IMG/VR virus record: IMGVR_UViG_3300040801_003393
Span: 1 to 64,000 of that record
Strand: one strand, 5' to 3'
From: a virus
DNA: 64,000 nucleotides
The notes under the pieces were generated by a model that was not told the DNA's origin, searched no databases, and was given only the letters and a program-made list of their open reading frames with translations. Shown piece after piece: positions 58,801-64,000 of this stretch. The stretch's first letter is position 1, and each line of letters begins with the position of its first letter. The translations under genes and the position numbers were made by a program.

Positions 58801-61800
58801 ATGCTGGATTTGTTGACTTTGAAGATGTAGATTTCTATACCTTCTCGTTAGATACGTTTGAAACCATTGACGCAAATTTAAGTGATATAATTGATAGTAC
58901 ACTAATTTGGGTCGCTAAAGATACAGATTATGACTGGAACGTATATCGTGTTACCGCTATAAGTCCGCCTGTTGTTCGAGTGCAAGATAACTTAAATGGA
59001 ACTTTAACAATTGAGTTTGCAGCACCACACCAGCTAACAGCAAATACAGTTATTATTATCAAGTATTTTGATAGTCAGATAGATGGAACATATCGAGTTA
59101 ATGGAATTGTTAACGAAAAGAAGGTACAAGTCAATGGATCATTGTTAGAAGATCAAACAGTAATTGAAGATGAAGTTGGCTCGGCGTTTAAGTTAGTGTC
59201 AGTTAGGGTTGATTACCCATCATCAATTGTAGACTCGCCATTTGACAAGCAATTATTTGCTGATGATCGTATTTGGGTTAACAATGACGGTGGATTAGCG
59301 AGAGTATATGAGAAAGAACGTGCGTTTACTTCAGTTGGATCACTCGAGTCAACTGTATCTTCGAGCGAGTCTGATTTTGGATCAGCAATTGCGCAAGGAA
59401 GAAACAATACCGGGGCAATAGTTGGCGACGTGCTTAATAATGGTAGCAAAGGTATACTTTATTGCTATAATAAGGCTACAGCATCAGAATATATTTTACA
59501 TAGCTTATTAGACTTATCGCATTTACCAGTTAACCATTTAGGAAAAACGCTAGCAATGGCAACCAATGTTGCTGCGGTAGCGGCTGATGGCATGGTAGCA
59601 ATTATTAATCGTAATGTTGCTAAGGACGTATTTGAGTTTACACAAATATTACCAGAATACCCAAGTGGGTTTGGTCAGGCAATTACAATAAGTGCCGATG
59701 AACGTTGGTTGTTTATTACCGAGTACGAGCAATTTTCCGATGACCCATATCTGACTCTTGATACGCAACGGTTGCACATTTACCAGCAAATTAAATATCA
59801 GGACCAGGAAGTCACCTATACTGCCACCGGAACACAAACACAGTTTGAATTAGAAGGATATGTTGTAATAGGTACAACAGCGTCGGCAAATAATCAGGTA
59901 ACTGTTACAGTTAATGGAAATAAAGTAACAAATTATGTTGTAAATGGGCCAACTATACAATTTACATCTGCACCACCAGCTGGCGCCATTGTAAATATTC
60001 GTCGTAACGATATACAAACATTTGAAAGTGACGGTTCAACTACTACATTTACAGTTAATGGACTGCATGCTATTAACGGCATTGAGTCTATTTCTGTATA
60101 TGTTGAGAATAAGATTTTACGTCCGAACGAGGACTATACCTTTAGTGGCATAGATTTAGAATTGTTAGTTGCACCACCAGCAGGAGATGCAATAACCGTA
60201 AGAACGGGCAACTATTATGTCGAAGTGTCGGAGATAGATTTTAACGTTGATGATGCACAATATGGTTTATCCATTGATGTTGGCGAAGATGCCCAACAAA
60301 TAGTTGTTGGCGCACCTGGACTTTCTGAACATGGGCCAAGTAGTACAACCGTTAATAATGTTGGGCGAGTTATACTTTACAATAGAGCAGTTGAACGGTT
60401 TGTTGCTACAATAGATGGGCAAGCCGGCGTTACAACTTTACGCACACCTAAGGCAACATCTCAAGTTTGGGTGAATGGTGTACCTCTAGAGCCTGCACAG
60501 TTTAATAAAAACCCACAGTATACAATAAGTGGAAATATTATAACCTTAACTGGTGTTGAAATTAAGGCAGGTGATTTTATTGATGTTGACATTAATGATT
60601 TCATAGACTATCAAACATTAGATATAAACGTCCCACGTGAAGATGCTCTTTTTGGTAGCGCAGTTAGCCTATGTCGTTCGGAGTGTGCATTGTATGTAGG
60701 TGCACCTGGCGACATAATCTCAGGGAAGAAAGATGCAGGTTCAGTGACACGATTTGTTAATATGTCAAGAATGACTGGGGTACTAGTTGGTACAAATCAA
60801 AATCCAACAGTCACAGTTGGCGATTCAATTAGAGTTAACAACGTTGAGGTTATTTTTACCAACACGAATGTTGAACAAGTAGCTACCGACATTAATAATA
60901 CGTTAATACCTAACGTACGAGCATATGTAAGTGATGGATACTTGGTTATTGAACTTAAAAATAAAGAAGTAGCATCTTTAGCTAATAGGTTGAAAGTTAC
61001 ACCTGGGCGGTCAGCAATCAATAACGACATTGAGGCGTTTAATAACTTAGGTTTAGCTCCATATCAGTATACTCAAACAATTACCGCTCCAGATCCAGAG
61101 AGTTTTGGTCGATTCGGAAATGCTGTACAAATTGATTATAACATGAATCAGTTGTATGTTGCAGCCGAGAACATGAGTGCGAAAAAGATTGCTATATTTG
61201 ATAATAGAGAGACAACGTTTGACGGAAGAACTTTACGATTTGTTGATATATACGATCGATCTGGTGTAGTTTATACATATGATGTTCTACGTGACGAGAC
61301 TAGATTTACTCCAGGTAAACTAGCATATGGTGAACAAGTATACGACTTTAAATTGCAAAATTCAAATGGATTTGGCCAACGCATTAGTGTAGTTGATGGA
61401 CTAATGATGGTGGGTTCACCAGGATATGACGAGCCAACTGTTGATGCTGGTAGGGTTGCATTGTTCTATAACTTCAAGCGTAAGCTGACCTGGACTGACA
61501 TTAAAGTTGAACAGCCTAGAACAGACGTAACGTTAATTAATAGCGCATTTATCTACGACTACACAACAAGTCAAGTAAAACAATACCTTGACTATATCGA
61601 TCCATTGAATGGAAAAATACTAGGCCCAGCAGCACAAAACCTAGATTACATTCGCGGCGACGATCCAGCACAATACATGGCCTCTACCGAAGGCCCATTA
61701 TGGGGCGAAGCACAAGTTGGCCAAATGTGGTGGGATACATCTACGGTACGATTCCTAGACTATTTCCAGGATGATATTAAGCGCGGTTTGAAACGATGGG

Positions 61801-64000
61801 GTAAAACTTTCCCAGGTAGTTCCATTGATGTTTACGAATGGGTAGAGTCAAGTCTTCCACCAGCACGTTATACTGGCGAAGGCGAAGTGTATGACTTAAA
61901 CAAATATGTTTCTGTAACATTAGTCAATGAGCAACGTATCATTGAGAGCAAACATTACTTCTGGGTTAAGGGTATATCGCAGGTAAACAAAAATGCATAT
62001 AAGACACTCGGCGCCGAAGCAGTTGCTACATACATCGAAACACCAAGTGCGTCGGGTCTGCCGTATCTGGCATTAATAAATGCAAGTACAATCGGAATGT
62101 TTAATATGACATCCGAGATTGATGTTAAAAATGTTATCTTGCATGTTGAATATGATAAGGTACGCAATGATAGCAAAGTATTTGTAGAGTTTGATCTATT
62201 GCGTGAAGGAGACGAAAGAGATACACTATCTCCTAGCGTATATAAAAAGATGCTAGATAGTTTCTGCGGAGTTGACTCGTTAGGAAACGCGGTTCCAGAT
62301 ATTAATCTAACCATTACTGATAGATACGGAATTGACTTTAGACCACGCAAGTCTATGTTTGTAGATAGGTTTGCAGCATTGTCAATGTATATACAAAAAG
62401 TCAATGGCATAATTGCACAGTATCCGGTTGCTGAATCTAAGGTATATCCTTTACTGAATAGTAAAGAAGAACCGCCTGCTGCTAACACAGGAGCATGGGA
62501 TCTTCGCGTTGCAGACAATGCAGAATTATCGTATCAGAACTTTAATATTGTTCCTGCAGGATACAAGTATTTGGTAGAAATTGATAGCAACAACAATGGC
62601 CTGTGGTCAATATATGAAGTTCAAGCAAATAAAACGTTACAGTTGATTGTAGTACAAAGTTATGATACAAGACAGTTTTGGAACTATATTAACTGGTACG
62701 CAGATGACTTTAATCCATTGACTAAACCAGATATTGTTGTTGACACTTATGCGCAACTATTGACTATCGTTAAAGAAGAAGGTCGTGTTGCTAGAGTAAA
62801 CTTGAACGCAAATGGTAACTGGGAAATATATCGTTGCCAAAACAATATTTGGGAACGTGTAGGTCTACAAAACGGAACCATTGCCTTCTCGACGCAGTTG
62901 TACGATTATTCTCTCGGTAGGTTTGGCTTTGATAACGAAGTTTTTGATGCGCAATATTTTGATCAGGAACCAGTAATCGAACTGCGTAATATTTTACGTT
63001 CAATCAATGAGGAAATATTAGTAGGCGACTTAGCTCTTGAACGCAACAATGTTCTAATAGCGGTGTTCAAGTATATTCTGTCAGAACAACAAAACGTAGA
63101 TTGGTTATATAAAACATCATTGATTGATGTTTCGCATAAAGTTAGAACATTAGATTCATTTTCAGTCTATCAGAAAGAAAATCAGAATTATGTTATCGAC
63201 TATATCAACGAAGCTAAACCATATCATACAAAAATTAAAGAATTCCGACTCGGCTACGACGGGTTTGACCAGTATAACGGTTTGGTAACTGACTTTGATT
63301 GTCCATCATACTATGATTCAGAGTTCGATCAATTTATTAGTCCAATTCTTGACGATGGTGCAATTTTAGTAACAGACCCAAGTAATAAAGCACCAACTGA
63401 TCCAATTTGGGGAGAATTCCCATGGAGTTCCTGGTACTCAAATTATAAATTGCAAATCAGTGTAATCGAGGTACTAGACGGTGGCGCTGGATACACTATT
63501 CCACCACAGGTTAAGATTGTTGGTGATTGCGAAGAACCTGCTATTTTAGAAGCCCGTGTTAGTGGTAGCGGACAAATTACAGAGGTTCGTGTAATAACGC
63601 CAGGGTGTGGTTATTTGGATACTCCAGTTATAACATTCATAGGTGGTAACGGCAGTGGCGCTTCAGCAAAAGCAGTTATGCGTAATGATCTAGTTAGATC
63701 ATTTACTTTAACCATAAAATATGACCGTTACGAATATACATCCTCGGTCTTAAACTGGGAAGATACAGTTACACGAAATATTGATGATTTAATAAGATTC
63801 AACAATACCGTATACCGGGTCAAAGAATCAAATAACGATTTAACTTTTGTGTCGAGCAAATACGAAGAAGTTAATATCGAAGAATTGTCGGGTATTGATC
63901 GTACTGTCGGGTATTATGTACCGGATGTTAATAAACCAGGATTAGATTTATCGTTACTTGTTGACGGTATTGTGTTCCCGGGAGTACAGGTTGATGGCCC
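52842..64000 (+). CDS. Giant baseplate-associated structural protein, truncated (>3,700 aa)
   Basis: Not in the ORF track, consistent with no stop before the window end. Starts MARIRSVDFLPEIFKT; frame spot-checked at several points to 64000; FG-GAP-like repeats and GGAGY/GCGY repeats; follows gp6. Confidence 0.85.
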   Translation, partial: MARIRSVDFLPEIFKTTTNKKFLGSTLDQLIQEPKLKVTQGYIGRRSGAGVGVNDTYLIEPTVSRENYQLEPGIIFNDKNGVAVDALTYPGLVDGLNVRGALVNNHNRLFEAETYSWDPLFNFDKFVNYSQYYWLPEGPSSVNVQAEEVLLEDEFDVSRNDGDSSYTFSGKAGQNPILTLVRGGTYTFNVGQTGHPFWIQTEPGLTGHVSWAENISSREILGVVNNGDDNGTITFNVPLSNGQDFYDTLLDLGPVDLATMVKFNEINRKPLDEIVSINEIENLENKTIVFVNPTVGDATTLGWVIEALPNYADYSNSGDFSTTTVLTSLSERYQIFKIFIVYDNWGENPIINLVPIQTVNQFEKFTIQYGPVYSNIGFYKNSSGVFEQIPRITAPLDQLFYQDGNNEDIFGVINLVDANESATLFISDIIGNDSYTSPNGVEFTNGLKVKFRGDVVPAEYTNEEYYVEGVGTSIKLLPVRDFITPEPYTKNASDPFDSLPYDSIAYDGSLNSPLEEDYLTINRASQDLNAWTRSNRWFHIDVLQKSADYNNVTLVVDQTSRAKRPIIEFESNLQLFNFGAVAKTPVNVIDTKEVDALSNVHGSLGYAVDGFILSEGSRIIFAADTDPNVKNKIFNVSFEDLDNSGTETLVLTLAEDGNVVEDDVVLVTSGLTQQGKTYHFSNNQWVLAQQKNSVNQPPLFDIFDNDNISFSDISKYQASTFKGSKLFSYAIGNGSNDIVLGFPLQYLNIGNLGDIVFENNLYIDTFLYVENSVSQELPISSGFVKQFSSATEYNWRIGWTRSAERMYVPQVFNFTYTGAPLQLDVTPRTDLEVPSIKIFVNNSFVPSTDYAVTTHDRGTTIAFNEIVATDSKVEVLIYSDEVSDIGYYEVPRNLSQNIFNENTDRLTLGTIRNHYNSLAQNILNLVGNINGANNIRDLGNVSSYGDIIIQHAAPLALAAKFIRTREYDLFEAIKFNGRYYEKYKNQLLDWVQKNDIADLSIDEILEHAVANITAGKTLDHAFYNSDMLPAGNDYDVVTHQITAISTDTFDIINVYDFTKANSKAILVYLNDTLLVKDHDYIVADDGPRITLLIDSNIDDILTIKEYRDTAGSMLPATPTKLGLYPKYLPEKFVDNTFITPTEVIRGHDGSITVAFGDLRDDVLLEFERRIYNNIKVNDNIPLLSDDVIPGQYRNTGYSDIEITEILSPSFLSWVGWNRLDYREQDYRANDSRTWNYSSSSSVIDDSLLKGHWRGVFKYFYDTDAPHTRPWEMLGLTEEPSWWENQYGPAPYTSGNLVLWDDLEAGIIRDPNGEYIDERYIRPGLTDIIPVDGEGNLLTPMETVVKTYSSYNFKKSWRIGDLAPVEAAWRRSSLWPFAVQRLLALTKPAQYFALMADRDRYTYNEELQQYLLDGRYRLDSRAIEVLTSDTPKHSYINWIIEYNKHYGYNSADELVESLSNLDVNLCYRMGSFTDKNRLKIFTDKSSPDSTNNSLLLPDESYNLLLYRNQPFDEIIYSSVIVQRVEDGYSVFGNSTTDPYFKIMQSIPNGNFKTFQIGRTTKSATTIRVPQDFRDSVVYIPYGYVFSNKHQVVDFLVSYGEYLSRVGVKFNNSQDTVDLDWTQMAKEFIYWVDQGWSIGSVINLNPTAESLEFERELAIVDSLLNLAVNEQPLDQNNIPLAPADYVIDRLENNFKLTTLNDRILSYLNLQLTSFEHLLILDNTSIFNDVIYSPVTGVRQNRVKLVGYTVNEWNGQLDAQGFLFSDNKIDEWVYTKSYSKGSIVKFKNSYWTAIKPINPSEMFDYDAWVKIEPSDISTGLLSNLATKSDQMLQFYNNKTANLESDADLLALGLTGFRPREYMSSLDLDDISQVNIYSDLIKQKGTLDSLGMFKNITLNGNKTEYKIFENWAIRRAQYGATASRAYFELQLDEAQHNANPTSIAIVNGPTEVTDADQKVTLNQIYKQSVKHTSKDILPLLTEKVTDVSLPYAGFVDFEDVDFYTFSLDTFETIDANLSDIIDSTLIWVAKDTDYDWNVYRVTAISPPVVRVQDNLNGTLTIEFAAPHQLTANTVIIIKYFDSQIDGTYRVNGIVNEKKVQVNGSLLEDQTVIEDEVGSAFKLVSVRVDYPSSIVDSPFDKQLFADDRIWVNNDGGLARVYEKERAFTSVGSLESTVSSSESDFGSAIAQGRNNTGAIVGDVLNNGSKGILYCYNKATASEYILHSLLDLSHLPVNHLGKTLAMATNVAAVAADGMVAIINRNVAKDVFEFTQILPEYPSGFGQAITISADERWLFITEYEQFSDDPYLTLDTQRLHIYQQIKYQDQEVTYTATGTQTQFELEGYVVIGTTASANNQVTVTVNGNKVTNYVVNGPTIQFTSAPPAGAIVNIRRNDIQTFESDGSTTTFTVNGLHAINGIESISVYVENKILRPNEDYTFSGIDLELLVAPPAGDAITVRTGNYYVEVSEIDFNVDDAQYGLSIDVGEDAQQIVVGAPGLSEHGPSSTTVNNVGRVILYNRAVERFVATIDGQAGVTTLRTPKATSQVWVNGVPLEPAQFNKNPQYTISGNIITLTGVEIKAGDFIDVDINDFIDYQTLDINVPREDALFGSAVSLCRSECALYVGAPGDIISGKKDAGSVTRFVNMSRMTGVLVGTNQNPTVTVGDSIRVNNVEVIFTNTNVEQVATDINNTLIPNVRAYVSDGYLVIELKNKEVASLANRLKVTPGRSAINNDIEAFNNLGLAPYQYTQTITAPDPESFGRFGNAVQIDYNMNQLYVAAENMSAKKIAIFDNRETTFDGRTLRFVDIYDRSGVVYTYDVLRDETRFTPGKLAYGEQVYDFKLQNSNGFGQRISVVDGLMMVGSPGYDEPTVDAGRVALFYNFKRKLTWTDIKVEQPRTDVTLINSAFIYDYTTSQVKQYLDYIDPLNGKILGPAAQNLDYIRGDDPAQYMASTEGPLWGEAQVGQMWWDTSTVRFLDYFQDDIKRGLKRWGKTFPGSSIDVYEWVESSLPPARYTGEGEVYDLNKYVSVTLVNEQRIIESKHYFWVKGISQVNKNAYKTLGAEAVATYIETPSASGLPYLALINASTIGMFNMTSEIDVKNVILHVEYDKVRNDSKVFVEFDLLREGDERDTLSPSVYKKMLDSFCGVDSLGNAVPDINLTITDRYGIDFRPRKSMFVDRFAALSMYIQKVNGIIAQYPVAESKVYPLLNSKEEPPAANTGAWDLRVADNAELSYQNFNIVPAGYKYLVEIDSNNNGLWSIYEVQANKTLQLIVVQSYDTRQFWNYINWYADDFNPLTKPDIVVDTYAQLLTIVKEEGRVARVNLNANGNWEIYRCQNNIWERVGLQNGTIAFSTQLYDYSLGRFGFDNEVFDAQYFDQEPVIELRNILRSINEEILVGDLALERNNVLIAVFKYILSEQQNVDWLYKTSLIDVSHKVRTLDSFSVYQKENQNYVIDYINEAKPYHTKIKEFRLGYDGFDQYNGLVTDFDCPSYYDSEFDQFISPILDDGAILVTDPSNKAPTDPIWGEFPWSSWYSNYKLQISVIEVLDGGAGYTIPPQVKIVGDCEEPAILEARVSGSGQITEVRVITPGCGYLDTPVITFIGGNGSGASAKAVMRNDLVRSFTLTIKYDRYEYTSSVLNWEDTVTRNIDDLIRFNNTVYRVKESNNDLTFVSSKYEEVNIEELSGIDRTVGYYVPDVNKPGLDLSLLVDGIVFPGVQVDG

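Noticed and set aside
53360-63003. Short minus-strand ORFs in the last 11 kb
   Set aside because: They are antisense to the continuous giant plus-strand ORF and show no independent signals.
1-64000. CRISPR array, tRNA or rRNA genes
   Set aside because: No regularly spaced repeat-spacer pattern and no cloverleaf or T-loop signature seen in any intergenic region.
1-64000. Stop-codon reassignment as seen in some large phages
   Set aside because: Core genes (gp20, 21, 23, 46, 47, 6) are full length in the standard code and coding density is high.

Overview
The window is 64 kb from a large T4-related (myovirus-like) tailed phage genome, standard genetic code, roughly 40% GC. Minus strand, 1-30.6 kb: a long tail-fibre/adhesin cluster with an M15 endolysin, a few accessory genes, an HNH-NUMOD3 homing endonuclease, the head module (gp23, gp22, gp21, gp20) and a tape-measure-like gene. 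30.6-31.7 kb (+): baseplate hub assembly genes. 31.9-32.7 kb: an ~800 bp non-coding island. 32.7-41.0 kb (-): gp55 late sigma factor, gp47/gp46 nuclease and a resolvase, interleaved with three radical SAM genes and an SDR. 41.1-64 kb (+): baseplate module ending in a >3,700-codon ORF that runs off the window. Two edge genes are missing from the supplied ORF track (<1..2778 minus; 52842..>64000 plus). Regulatory signals are readable: near-consensus sigma70 promoters for gp55/47/46 and accessory genes, NNTAAATA late promoters for virion genes, and several apparently leaderless starts. The best candidate for an undescribed system is a ~620-nt, GC-enriched, multi-domain structured RNA on the minus strand (about 32085-32705), which ends at an AT-rich twin-hairpin element. 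Other candidates are a tandem RNA motif between fibre genes, the radical SAM/SDR insertions, and modular fibre repeats that include a GC-shifted swapped module. All calls come from motif reading by eye; no searches or folding programs were run.
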